Origin: Eledone cirrhosa
Taxonomy: Eukaryota
Assembly (NCBI GenBank): GCA_964016885.1
Contig: OZ024744.1
Location: 93,992,001 to 94,056,000 of the forward strand
Length of the DNA: 64,000 nucleotides
Reading direction: 5' to 3'
Made by a program: the position numbers and the translations under genes. This document shows positions 1 through 62,900 of this stretch, one piece after another. The notes below the pieces were generated by a model. That model was not told where the DNA came from. It saw nothing but the letters and a program-made list of their open reading frames with translations, and did not search any database. How positions within the stretch are numbered: the stretch's first letter is position 1; each line of letters starts with the position of its first letter.

Positions 1-614
1 TTATGAACTCTTCAGCTGACCCTTGTACATACTCACACACACATCAACATGCACATCACTATCACACTTTCTCTGCTAACAATGGTTGGAAGGGCTCTTC
101 ACAGACCAAGTCAGTACTGAAGCAAGGCCAGGGATCTGTATCTTGCTTATGTATGGTCTCACATACTAGCGAGTGCACAGGGAGGTTGTCACGACCTTTG
201 ACACAACTGAAGCGTCCTCCCAACCCTTTCACCCTTTCTTTGGCAAGGGCAGATGTAGTGATGGAGAGAATAGCTAAGGAGTGATAGTAGAAGGTACATG
301 GGTGGGGTAGAGAGAGTAGTGCCTAGGGTGTGAAAGTGGGGGCATCTAAGGGATTTAGAGGGAGCAGTAGCTAAGGAGTGCTACTGAAGAGGGCGTGGAT
401 TGGGTTGGGATGTGTAGTGATGCTGAGGATAGCTACTAGGGTGTGCTAACGGAAATGGAGTTAAGTCAGGTGACATTGTACACTGATGGATGGGTAGATA
501 GATGGGTAGACACACAATTTAAAAGCCACTCCCCTCATCTTACAACCCCACTCCCATCAATGTCTTTTCCAGCCTGAGTATACAATGTGAGCCTCAATAC
601 TTTAAAAATGGCAA

Positions 615-2365
615 TGCACCCAGTCCACTCAGTAAAGAGGTAGTGCTGGTGTCATGATAAAATACACCCAGCCCACTCAGTAAAGAGGTAGTGCTGGTGT
701 CATGATAAAATACACCCTGCTCACTCAGTAAAAAGGTAGTGCTGGTGTCATGATAAAATACACCCAGCCCACTCAGTAAAGAGGTAGTACTGGTGTCATG
801 ATAAAATACACCCAGCCCACTCAGTAAAAAGGTAGTACTGGTGTCATGATAAAATACACCCAACCCACTCAGTAAAAAGGTAGTACTGGTGTCATGATAA
901 AATACACCCAACCCACTCAGTAAAAAGGTAGTACTGGTGTCATGATAAAATACACCCAGCCCACCCAGTAAAGAGGTAGTGCTGGTGTCATGATAAAATA
1001 CACCCAGCCCACTCAGTAAAGAGGTAGTGCTGGTGTCATGATAAAATACACCCAGCCCACTCAGTAAAGAGGTAGTACTGGTGTCATGATAAAATACACC
1101 CAGCCCACTCAGTAAAGAGGTAGTACTGGTGTCATGATAAAATACACCCAGCCCACTCAGTAAAAAGGTAGTACTGGTGTCATGATAAAATACACCCAGC
1201 CCACTCAGTAAAGAGGTAGTACTGGTGTCATGATAAAATACACCCAGCCCACTCAGTAAAGAGGTAGTACTGGTGTCATGATAAAATACACCCAGCCCAC
1301 TCAGTAAAGAGGTAGTTCTGGTGTCATGATAAAATACACCCAGCCCACTCAGTAAAAAGGTAGTACTGGTGTCATGATAAAATACACCCAGCCCACTCAG
1401 TAAAAAGGTAGTACTGGTGTCATGATAAAATACACCCAACCCACTCAGTAAAAAGGTAGTACTGGTGTCATGATAAAATACACCCAGCCCACTCAGTAAA
1501 AAGGTAGTACTGGTGTCATGATAAAATACACCCAGCCCACTCAGTAAAAAAGTAGTACTGGTGTCATGATAAAATACACCCAGCCCACTCAGTAAAAAGG
1601 TAGTACTGGTGTCATGATAAAATACACCCAGCCCACTCAGTAAAAAGGTAGTACTGGTGTCATGATAAAATACACCCAGCCCACTCAGTAAAGAGGTAGT
1701 GCTGGTGTCATGATAAAATACACCCAGCCCACTCAGTAAAGAGGTAGTGCTGGTGTCATGATAAAATACACCCAGCCCACTCAGTAAAGAGGTAGTACTG
1801 GTGTCATGATAAAATACACCCGGCCCACTCAGTAAAGAGGTAGTACTGGTGTCATGATAAAATACACCCAGCCCACTCAGTAAAGAGGTAGTGCTGGTGT
1901 CATGATAAAATACAACCAGCCCACTCAGTAAAGAGGTAGTGCTGGTGTCATGATAAAATACAACCAGCCCACTCAGTAAAGAGGTAGTGCTGGTGTCATG
2001 ATAAAATACACCCAGCCCACTCAGTAAAGAGGTAGTACTGGTGTCATGATAAAATACACCCAGCCCACTCAGTAAAAAGGTAGTACTGGTGTCATGATAA
2101 AATACACCCAGCCCACTCAGTAAAGAGGTAAAGCTGGTGTCATGATAAAATACACCCAGTCCACTCAGTAAAGAGGTAGTGCTAGTGTCATGATAAAATA
2201 CACCCAGCCTACTCAGTAAAGAGGTAGTACTGGTGTCATGATAAAATACACCCAGCCCACTCAGTAAAGAGGTAGTGCTGGTGTCATGATAAAATACACC
2301 CAGCCCACTCAGTAAAGAGGTAATGCTGGTGTCATGATAAAATGCACCTAGCCCATTCTATAAAG
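615..2365. repeat. 48-bp minisatellite, ~36 copies, expanded from an internal SINE/RTE-tail module
   Basis: Unit CCCAGCCCACTCAGTAAAGAGGTAGTACTGGTGTCATGATAAAATACA runs directly into the SINE-type GGTGTTAGGAAGGGCATC tail. Confidence 0.95.
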
Positions 2366-2982
2366 TGGTAGTCTTTGTGCCAGAATAATGCTTATCCAGT
2401 ACACACTGTGTAGTGGTTGGTGTTAGGAAGGGCATCTTGCTGTAGAAACTGTGTGAAAATTAAATGAGCTTGGCATGGTCATCTAACCTGTCAAATATCA
2501 GAATGTGACAGTCTGCCTAAACCATGGTAGTAACTAAAATAGACATGAAACAATGGTGATGATGATGATGATGATGGTGGTGGTTGTGGTGCTCACTGTA
2601 AATGTCGTTGGTGTTAGGAAGGGCATCCAGCTGTAGAAGCCAAGCTAAAATCAGTTCTGTATGGGCAAGATATGGTCACCTGATAACTCGTCTAACCCAT
2701 GCTAGCATGGAAAAATGGATGTTAAATGGTGATGATGATGATATAAGCAAACCTCCTATTTTAGCATCATTTATTTGGCCACATATTCCTCGGCTTATAT
2801 TTGAGTATATATGGTATATATAACAGTAGATAGTTGCAGAAATATAGAATTTCTCTGTGAATGTAATATATATATAGAATATCAAACAGTGTAAGTTTTG
2901 GCCACCCCATGCAATAGCAAATGTGACTACTCACTTCTTTAACCCTTTAGCATTCATATTACTCTATATTTACTATTTACTA

Positions 2983-3172
2983 AGGGCGGTGAATTGGCAG
3001 TATCGGTAGAGGATTGGACGCCATGCTTTCTAGCATAGTTACGTCCCTTTACAGTCTGAGTTCAAATCCCGCCTAGGTTAACTTTGCCTTTCATCCTTAC
3101 GGGGTCGATAAAATAAAGTACCAGTAATGTACTGGGTAATTGCTGGCCTTGTGCCTAAAGTAGAAACAATTA
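2983..3172 (+). mobile_element. tRNA-derived SINE family B; copies at 6960-7820 (several, -), 10597-10790(-), 14975-15160(-), 18903-19090(+), 19868-19965(-), 20605-20720(+) and 22500-22585(+)
   Basis: TGGCAGTATCGG and GAGTTCAAATCCC boxes, core CTTTCATCCTTACGGGGTCGATAAAATAAAGTACC, (ATT) tail; 14-20-bp target-site duplications visible at several copies. Confidence 0.85.
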
Positions 3173-3454
3173 CTCTATATTTACTATTGTATTTTTGCAG
3201 TAAAGTCTTTAACTTACATATTACCTCACATAATATCAAAATCTATGAGATTTTGATATTGTTCATTTTGAGAACAATATCTTAACAACAGTATGAGTGG
3301 CTGGTTAGGTCTGATTTGAACAAAAAGAGGTGAGAAAATTCTGGCCAGATACGGCCAGTTTAAATGCATAAACAAACTTTCAACTACATATATAACAAAC
3401 ATACAAATATAAAAGATTGGCTGCTCCCACCAAAGTACCCACCTTATTGCAGTG

Positions 3455-4445
3455 CACCACACCACCACCACCACCACCAAATACACACACACCACCACCA
3501 CCACCACCACCAAATACACACACACCACCACCACCACCACCACCAAACACACACACACCACCACCACCAAACACACACACACCACCACCACCAAACACAC
3601 ACACACCACCACCACCACCACCATCACCACCAAACACACACACACCACCACCAAACACACACACACCACCACCAAACACACACACACACCACCACCACCA
3701 AACACACACACACCACCACCACCAAACACACACACACCACCACCACCAAACACACACACACCACCACCAAACACACACACACCACCACCACCACCACTAC
3801 TGTAAACAATCCTTCTCTCCCCCCAATGCTGCAGAGAATACCCCACATGCCTGTGCTGCAGTCAATCCCCACCACCACCACCACCACCACCACTGTGGAT
3901 AACACCACCCCTCCCACTGCTACAGACACCCTCCCCCACTTGCTGCAACACCCCCTCCCTCTACTGCTGCAGACAACACCCCCACCCCCACCCACTCTGC
4001 TGCAGACAATACCTCATTTGTTTTAGTAGATTATGTTGTACATGTACCAGCCTGGCACCCCATTACTGCAGACCCCCCCCCCCCTGCTACAAACAACACC
4101 CCACCACCACCACCCAATGCTGCAGACAACACCTCCACTTGCTTCAGCCCCACCGCCACCAGCCTCTCCGCTGCAGACAACACCCCACATGCTTTAGCTC
4201 CTTCACCACCACCACCACCACCACCCTCTCCGCTGCAGACAACACCCCACATGCTTTAGCTCCTTCACCACCACCACCACCACCACCACCACCACCACCA
4301 CCACCCTTCTGCTGCAGACAACAACCCCACCTGATACAGCCCCCCCCCCCCCCCAATCCACCCCCCCCCCCCCTCTCCGCTGCAGACGACATCCCCACCA
4401 CCACCACCACCCTCCCCCGCTGCAGACAAGCTCCCACCTGCTTTA
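3455..4445. repeat. (ACC)n/(CA)n compound microsatellite and C-rich degenerate CTGCAGACAACACCCC repeats
   Basis: Direct inspection. Confidence 0.9.
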
Positions 4446-5606
4446 GTGGATTATGTTGTACATACCCCAGCATTTGCACAAACTGCTGTCATAAAAGAGT
4501 CAATATTTACTATAATGGATGCTTGTCAAACTAAAAAGTGGAGGGTTCTAGAGTTGTTGGAGGTGAATTGACAGAGTGATGTGAACATCTGATAGGATGC
4601 TTTGTCTCAGCTCTCTGAGTTCAAATCTTGCCAAGGTTAATTTTCCCTTTCATTCAAATGGAGGCACATGGCTAATGGAGGCACATGGCTAATGGAGCCA
4701 CATGGCTTAGTGGTTAGAGCATTGGCCTTGCAATCGAAAGGTTGTGAGTTCAATTCTCAGACCGGGTGATGTGTTGTTTCCTTGAGCAAAACACTTTATT
4801 TCACATTGCTCCAGTTTAGTCAGCTGTAGAAATGAGATGATAGGGACTGGGGTCCATATCATTCCACTGCAAAGTGGTCGTGGAGGTGCCACGGCAAAAA
4901 AGCACCCAGCACTCACTGTAAATGAGGTTGGTGTTAGGAAGGGCTTCCAGCTGTAGAAATCAAGCCAGAATCAGTTCCAGTCCCACCCTTGCAAGCAGGG
5001 AAAAGTGGACGTAAAATGATGATGATGATGATGATTCATTTAAAATCGATTGGGGGGGGGGGGGAATCGATTCGTCCTGTATATCTCTTTCTCACTTCCA
5101 TTCTCTCACTCTCTATATCATTTCTCTGAAAGAAATCTGCTGTATTCAAACCTGAAGAGATGGGCTCTGCCAGGTTTTCAAAAATCCCCCTAGAAACACT
5201 GCATGTCTATGGCACCTCTCCGACACCATCAAGTTATGGACCCATACATACATACGTACATATATATATATATATATTTATATGTAGCATGTAGACAGTA
5301 TGCCTATACCCCTCCCACTGCAAAGTGGTCGTGGCGGTGTCACGACAAAAAAGCACCCAGTCCACACTGTCAAGTGGTCATGTAGGCGCCACAGTAAAAG
5401 AGCACCCAGCACTCACTGTAAATGAGGTTGGTGTTAGAAAGGGCATCCAGCTGTAGAAATCAAGTCCAAATCAGTCCCCGTATGAGCAAGACAAGTTCAC
5501 CCGACCTGGCACTTCTCACAACAGGACAACCCGTCTAACCCATGCTAGCGTGGAAGAATGGACGTAAAACGGTGATGATGATGATGATATATATATATAT
5601 GAATGT

Positions 5607-5895
5607 ATGTATAGTATATTTGGTGATATACCGTATGTTTAATTAAAAACATTTTGAAGACCTTGCGCTATCATTTTAAAGTAGTGACTATGTCACTTAC
5701 TTCTTTTTTCAGCAAAGGAAGGGTGATAAGCTGACAGATCTGTTTCACACTGTTGGTGTTCATCAGAGCCTAATACTCGTTGACCTCTGCTGAAAAAAGA
5801 AGTAAGTGACATAGTCACTACTATAAAATGATAGCACAAGGCCTTCAAGATGTTTTTAATTAAACATACGGTATATCACCAAATATACTATACAT
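5607..5895. repeat. Long inverted repeat (112-bp arms, 65-bp spacer holding the hammerhead), Penelope-like insertion remnant
   Basis: Arms 5607-5718 and 5784-5895 are reverse complements with only a few mismatches; embedded in TA repeats. Confidence 0.9.
5727..5772 (-). ncRNA. Minimal type I hammerhead ribozyme (Penelope-like-element type)
   Basis: The minus strand reads UAGGCU-CUGAUGA-ACAC(CAACA)GUGU-GAAAC-AGAUCU-GUC^AGCUUA: complete core, stems I and II, and a palindromic short stem III. Confidence 0.85.
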
Positions 5896-5936
5896 CGCTA
5901 TTTCAGAGCACCAATCCTAATCTCTATATATATATA

Positions 5937-6290
5937 TGGAGGCACATGGCTTAGTGGTTAGAGCATTGGCCTTGCAATCAAAAGGTTGTGAGTTCAATTC
6001 TCAGACCGGGTGATGTGTTGTTTCCTTGAGCAAGACACTTTATTTCACATTGCTCCAGTTTACTCAGCTGTAGAAATGAGATGATAGGGACTGGGGTCCA
6101 TATCATTCCACTGCAAAGTGGTCGTGGAGGTGCCACGGCAAAAAAAAAAGCACCCAGCACTCACTGTAAATGAGGTTGGTGTTAGGAAGGGCATCCAGCT
6201 GTAGAAATCAAGCCAGAATCAGTTCCCGTCCCACCCTTGCAAGCAGGGAAAAAGCGGACGTAAAATGAAATGATGATGAATGATGATATA
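5937..6290 (+). mobile_element. tRNA-derived SINE family A; near-identical copies at 4694-5035(+), 12130-12460(+), 16560-16868(-), 19121-19455(+) and 54590-54975(-)
   Basis: A-box TGGCTTAGTGG and B-box GAGTTCAATTC, conserved body, RTE-like tail ending in (GAT)n. Confidence 0.85.
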
Positions 6291-6779
6291 CATATGTATG
6301 TGAATTTTGTATATCTATGAATAAAAGCTGATGGCCAGCACCATCTACCGGATTCCAGCAGAAGCAACGAGGATAACTGCCTATATTTATTTCAAGCTGA
6401 TGGCACTAATCAGGACAGTGCTTCCCTGCTGCTTTCTGCTGGAATTTGAAAACAGGCAAGAATATATATTATTTCCACTTGTGTAGGTAGGCTGATTATT
6501 CTCATTTGCATATGAAGTCGGTTCAACTTAAAAGTTGAATTAAAATTTAGCTTTCAAAATGTTTATTTATCAAACATACCAAATATCTTTAGATATACGA
6601 AATTCACATACATAAGTGTATCCAGCTATGGATGGCATCTCTGTCCATTTTTTTTTTTCCATCTCCAAGAGTACTTACTTTACCTAATTTATTCAACTAT
6701 TATTATATTTATTTGCATCCTGGTGACCATATTTTTACATATTTTTTATGATAAATTGCAAATCACAAATTATACTCAC

Positions 6780-57346
<50,567 letters not shown>

Positions 57347-57484
57347 CTAATAGATATATGATAAAGGAGAAAGCATTAGTTATCTCTTTAGGAACATTAC
57401 AACAGTTTTATATTCAATAGAATATTAGCATATACACAGTGGGGTAGGATCGGATGTGTAGAGTGCACAGGGTAGCTCATTGCC

Positions 57485-57515
<31 letters not shown>

Positions 57516-57955
57516 GATGGTGGGGGTCAATCCTTATATATATATAAATATATATATATATGTAAAAGGTAAATAGTCATAATAAAGCAAACGACACAGT
57601 ACATTGAAGAAATATATTAGTTTAACGCTTGAAATAGCAGGAAAAGAGTTCCGGATACAAGTCCTTCATCAGAAGATAGAGTTAGAAATAAAAGATAGAT
57701 AGAAAAATAAATCTTTCTACATTAAAAAATGTTATTAAAAAATAATAAGCCCTGCAATTTTATCTCATAAAAGCATCCTTTCTAACAACTTCTGTTGTAA
57801 CCAATTAACTGCTTTAATGTATTTTAACATATTTGTGAAAAACACTGATAATTCTTTATTTTTGCATGTCTAAAAACATATATACACAAATTTTGCTATT
57901 GCTTTTATGATTGCCATTTCAATGTACAGTACTTTGAATCCTGTATTATTCTTGA

Positions 57956-60900
57956 CTAGCAGAGGTACCCAGCATTGCCCAGTATAACTCTCAATGAAGT
58001 AGTCGTTCAAATGAACCGAAAGACTTCCGTTAAACACGACTATAGAAGTAACAATTTATAGGTGTTGGCCCTAAAGAGGACCTTTGAACGTTTACTTTGA
58101 AATATCTCTGCGGTGGTACTGCCAGCAAAGATGAATCCGATGGTAACAATTTAAAGTTGGTGGCCCTAAAGAGGGCCTTGGATTGTTCACTCTTAAAAGT
58201 CTCAGCGGCGGTGCTGTCAGCAAAGATGAATCCGATTAGAGGTGGTGGCCCTTAAGAAGTCCTTAACACCACTTTGGTGTGTCGTATTTGCTTTGCTTGT
58301 TATTTGAGATTGTAACCTAGAAAAGCATGTAACAGTCGGTGGCCACAAAAACGGCCTTGGCAAGATCATGCTGGAATGTCAAAAAAATGTGTAAATAATT
58401 AGGTTAAAACTATGGAACATTGATAGCAAAGCGTAATAGCAAAATATAAATGTGGAAAACGGAGACATTGAACATTTATAACATATAGCAAAAGCAGCCT
58501 CAGAGGCGTATGTAGTACAGCAAATGTAAGCACTTATACAAAAAAAAACAGCGATTACTTGTTGGCGGATGGGGTGCCTATAAAACTTTCTTATAGACTA
58601 TATTTCCCGTGAGTTACAAAAGCAAATAGGTTATGTCGGCTCCCCACTCGAGAGCAGCCAACATATAGTTGACCATGGGAGAAGAACGGTTCTTCTAAAT
58701 TAAGCCCTACGACCGTCAGCGTCTGACCCTGTGATTTGTTAATCGACATGATGAAACTGAGCCGGAGAGGGAATTGCAGCCTTCTGAATGTGAAAGGAAT
58801 GTCTTTACCGGATGGAATGAGAGGTATCCTTGGTATGAAGACAGTATCCCCCTTACCACATCCTGTAAGTATTGTTGCCTCAATAACATGAGGCATCATC
58901 TTTCAGACGACCAGACGCGTGCTGTTGGAAAGCCTTCGGGGTTCCAAATTCCTGAGGAGCATGACAGGGGCACCTTTCTTAAGTCGCAGAGAGTGTGGTG
59001 GCAATCTGGGAGGGTCTAGGGAGTTAAAAAATTCTGTAGAGTAATTAACAACTTCGTCTGGATCACCATAGAGTCAAGGGACTTGTAGACATGCAGGTTT
59101 CCAAGCAAGCACAGCATGAGCTGTTCATTGATGTTTCCAGCTATGTGGTTTTTCGAAGCCAATATTGCGCGTTCACACAACCACTCTTGATTTGTGTAGT
59201 TCTCCTCAAGATTAGGAAAAACAGACGTCCGTAACTCAGCAATTGACTTAACGCATCTGTAAATCCCTGTGAGGTCCGCTGCACCATCTCCGTCGAGTGG
59301 GACTTTGCCATCTCCCAACGACAACATGGCAGCAGCAAAACATGCTGACGTCTCATCACCTTGCAGTTGTGCTCTCATGTTTGTTGTAAGTGTCAGCTTT
59401 CTTACATAACGCCAAAGTGGGGAGTCCTTAAGAGATGCACCAACCTCATCAGCCCGTGTACCTTTTGGGATTACAGCCAGAGTCTGTCGGAAGTCCCCAG
59501 ATAACAGGAAAGTGACACCTCCCATTTGTTCTTGACAGTCCCTGATGTCTCTGAATAACCGGTCTAATGCCTCGAAAGCCACCTTGTGGGCCATTGTGCA
59601 TTTGTCCCAAACAATTAGTAGGCAGCGCTTTAACACCAGTGCTTTTCCGGAAGACTTGCTGATGTTGCACGTGGGTGTCTCAGATGATGCCACGTTGAGA
59701 GGAAGACTGAAGGCAGAATGGGCCGTCCTGCCACCAGGCAGCAAAGTTGTTGCAATGCCGGAAGAAGCCACGGCCAATGCGATGTTTCCGTGTTGCCTCA
59801 CTGCAGCAAGTAAAAGTTTGATTACAATTGTTTTGCCCATGCCTCCAGGTGCATCCAGGAAGAATATACCCCCTCCCCGATTACGGATGGAATCAACAAC
59901 AATGTTGTAGACTTGTTTATGATCCATTAGAAGTTTTGGTTCATTTTCTTCAACATACCTTTTGAGTTCGTCGACATCGTATGACGTTTCACGTATAATG
60001 TCGTTGGGAATGTCAGATGGTGCATCTCAAAGTGTTTGCGGAAGCCCATATTTCTCCAAGATATCTCCGCCCATTGAAGCCACTCTGTCTTCAATATCGA
60101 TCAGAGCTCTGTTATATATAGCGTCTGAAAAGCCTCATCTAAGTTTGGAGATTGCAATTGAGCGAGATGCCTATATTCGTCTGCGAAATCATCTTTAAAC
60201 TTTTGCCATAAAGAGTAAGGATCGCTCAATTCACAGACTTCAAGCAGGCTTCCCTGTACGTTCCGCAGATGTATCCATTGACCGTTCTCAGATCAGTGAA
60301 GGTGGTCGGCCCTCTTACCTCATGAAGCAGAAGTCGCAGGTAGAAACATTCGTGTTGGGTAGGGTGGACCGTATAAACTCGCCCAAGGCAATTCTAGAAT
60401 TTGATGCCTGGATGTCCAACCACCTCTTGCCCTACCTTCCTTCGTAGCCATTTTGTCCGGTTCCATGTATAGTAAGACGGTATTTCAGAATACAGCAGAG
60501 TTTGAGCGAAGTCTTCGTGTTGACAAAGATTGAAAAAAGCTGTGAGTGTAGTTTCCTTTGGTGAGATCGCTAGCTGAGCAGCTGTTGCATTGTTGAAATA
60601 CACCCGTTGACCGTTTTCAAGGTGAACGGCAAGTTGTTTAATGAGGGGGTGTCGTTGGTGCAGTGGGAAGCCAAAAATGTTTTCATGATGAAGACCAAAG
60701 ACGGCAGCATCCAATCCCTTGTTTATGTACTTACAAACGTATTTAATTGATTTTACTGAGTTGCAAAATTCAACGTTTATATGGGCGTTGAACGCTTTCA
60801 AGAGGAGGGGGCAATATGGCACTATACAGCTGTTGTCGATTTCACGTTCGCCAACTTTTGCTGTGAACCCACCGTCTTCAGGTCTCCTACACCTATACAA

Positions 60901-62900
60901 TGGATATCTGTCACTGCCAGTCTGTGTTTCCTGTAAAAACGGCCTGGGATATCGTTTTGTACACTTTCCATCGTGTATGCACGGGGACGTCATATTGAGT
61001 CCATGTCCACAAGGATGTGACTATAGAGAAGAAGTCCTTGTCAATCGATGGATCAGGTAGTTCGGCAGAAATGAATTTGTCGATGTAGTTTGAACTGATT
61101 TTTGTAACCAAGCAAATCAAGATATGGGCATGCAGCAGCCCTCGTTTCTGCCATTCAACCGGGTACATGTCGCATATGACAGGCCCAAAAACCTGTCCTT
61201 TCTTTAATAAATCAAATAATTGGGATAATTTCAGGCGAAACACTCTTGCTATGAGATTGTGCCTGTATCTTGGCGCTTGACTGTGGAACAGTTCGTTTGT
61301 AATCTCCTTCCACTTGGGATTGCATGTAAACATTACGAAAAGGTTGGGGCGCCCATAATGTCGTACGCAAGTCATGGCGTCCTGTGTCCTCACGCGCATG
61401 TATCGGGGTCCTCCTGTGAACGTTGAAGGCAAAATACACACTTGCCCTAAATTGTCTCGGAATACGTTGTTATTAATTCCATCGCGTAGATGAATGTAGC
61501 ATTCAGATCGAAGTTTCTTTTGATTTAATTTAATGAACCATAATCTGTCGGACTCCATTTTAAAGGCCATATCAACAGCAAATTGTTGGAAAAGGTCCCG
61601 AGAACGGTGTAGATGGTTGAATGAATTGTCCCTTATCAAAAGCGTAGAAATCCATGCAGGTGAGAGTTTTGCTAAGATATGCCTCACCATTGCCTGCTGA
61701 ATGTTGAGGAATGCCGAAATGGTATCCGTCCTCACCGTTGACAAATAGCAATGGATACTGGAGTGCATCGTAGGACCTGTGTGTCTCATTGAAACACTGT
61801 AATGGGCTGTCTCGGTGCTTTAGAATGATATCTCTCTTGTTGTGCTGTTCACCACAAATAACCGCAGCAATCTCATTACATGTTGGTGCGTTGAACTGAC
61901 CAGCATGTTCTCCAGATGGCCTTCGGTCAGCATGTATGACCACACTAAAGTTTGGGTCGGTGGCTGTTTCCAAAGCGTACTTGAAACTGCGAACATAGCT
62001 GTTTTTGTCATGAAGCATTTCTTGAAGTTTTATTATGGTTTCAATGTTAGTTTCGGACGAAATAGAGTTTCTCATCTCTGCCTGCTCCTGATAGTTTCCA
62101 ACGAAGTATAACTGAAGAAATTGGGGATCCTTTTCTGCCAGAGGCTGAATAGACCCAATCAAGTGTAGATCTGCCCCTGGACCTTGAAAGTTGGCATGAA
62201 CCCACATTTCGAGGCAAACTTTGCTCCGAGGGATGTCATCTGAAACGCGGAATTGTAGTGGCGGATATTACGCAGAAACTTCCATGATTCCTCCGTCGTG
62301 TTTGTCAACAGGAGTTGCAATGTCTCTGGAGGGTCGTGAATAGGAGGTAGTCTAACTTTACCGCTTGAACAACACATTCCATCTCTCTCCCCTGGCCACT
62401 TTTTCGTACGACAAAACTGGCAAGTAGAGGTCATTTCCCCAATTTGAATATCTGCATGAATGGCGTAGCTGGAGGAGGGGTCGTAGTTAAAGGCCTTCAA
62501 CAACCATCATGAATTGCAAGTCCTAGAAATGCTACGTAACGATGATCGCCGCTGTTCACTTTACAGAAGTTGGCCACATCGTTGCTCTATGGATTCAGTA
62601 TTTCGTGCAGCAGCAGTGGCAGCAGCATCCCAGCTTCGACAAACGGCACGTCGTCCTTTATCCTCTCGAGCGCGAGCGGCAGCATCTTTGTTCCGTCGAA
62701 GTTCACACCGACTGTCTTCCTCCTCCGCTCTTGCAGCTGCCGTCTGCACAACATTCTGTGAGAGCCTAATCACAGTCGCATTTACATCTTCGGTGAGACG
62801 CCTTCGCTTAGACCTACTTGCATCATTAGATAATCAACCAATGAAAGTTCCTTTCTTGGGAGGCTTTGTTTTTAGAAAATTAACCAGGGAGAATGATACA
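57956..62900 (-). mobile_element. Decayed autonomous-type Helitron (Rep-PIF1 helicase); the 5' end lies further right, possibly outside the window
   Basis: Frameshifted ORFs carry a zinc finger (CQFC…MCCSSGKV), Rep motifs (FTCNPKW, EWQKRGLLHAHIL, KYVCKYINKG) and PIF1 motifs (DAPGGMGKT, GDFRQ, INKSQGQT, HGQLYVGCSRV). The 3' terminus on the minus strand is CTGGGCAATGCTGGG-TACCTCTG-CTAG|T, ending at 57956. Confidence 0.95.
58045..58265. repeat. Degenerate ~95-bp subterminal tandem repeat inside the Helitron 3' region
   Basis: Recurring 'ggccctaaagag…cagcaaagatgaatccgat' blocks. Confidence 0.7.

Noticed and set aside
594-1439. 281-aa repetitive ORF, or a CRISPR-like array
   Set aside because: Translation of a 48-bp tandem repeat with no unique spacers, no cas genes and a eukaryotic intronic context.
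4511-4530. Candidate further GCN2 exon downstream of 6780
   Set aside because: Only 20 nt between weak AG/GT sites, not frame-preserving and with no recognisable similarity; no further exon could be supported in 1-6779.
3226-4534. Pro/His/Thr/Gly-rich ORFs
   Set aside because: (ACC)n/(CA)n microsatellite translations.
5145-5215. Possible plus-strand hammerhead (CTGAAGA…GAAAC…GTC)
   Set aside because: Stems I and II do not pair convincingly; at most a decayed relic.
5937-6010. tRNA gene
   Set aside because: A and B boxes are present, but it is the head of a multi-copy SINE without a proper acceptor stem.
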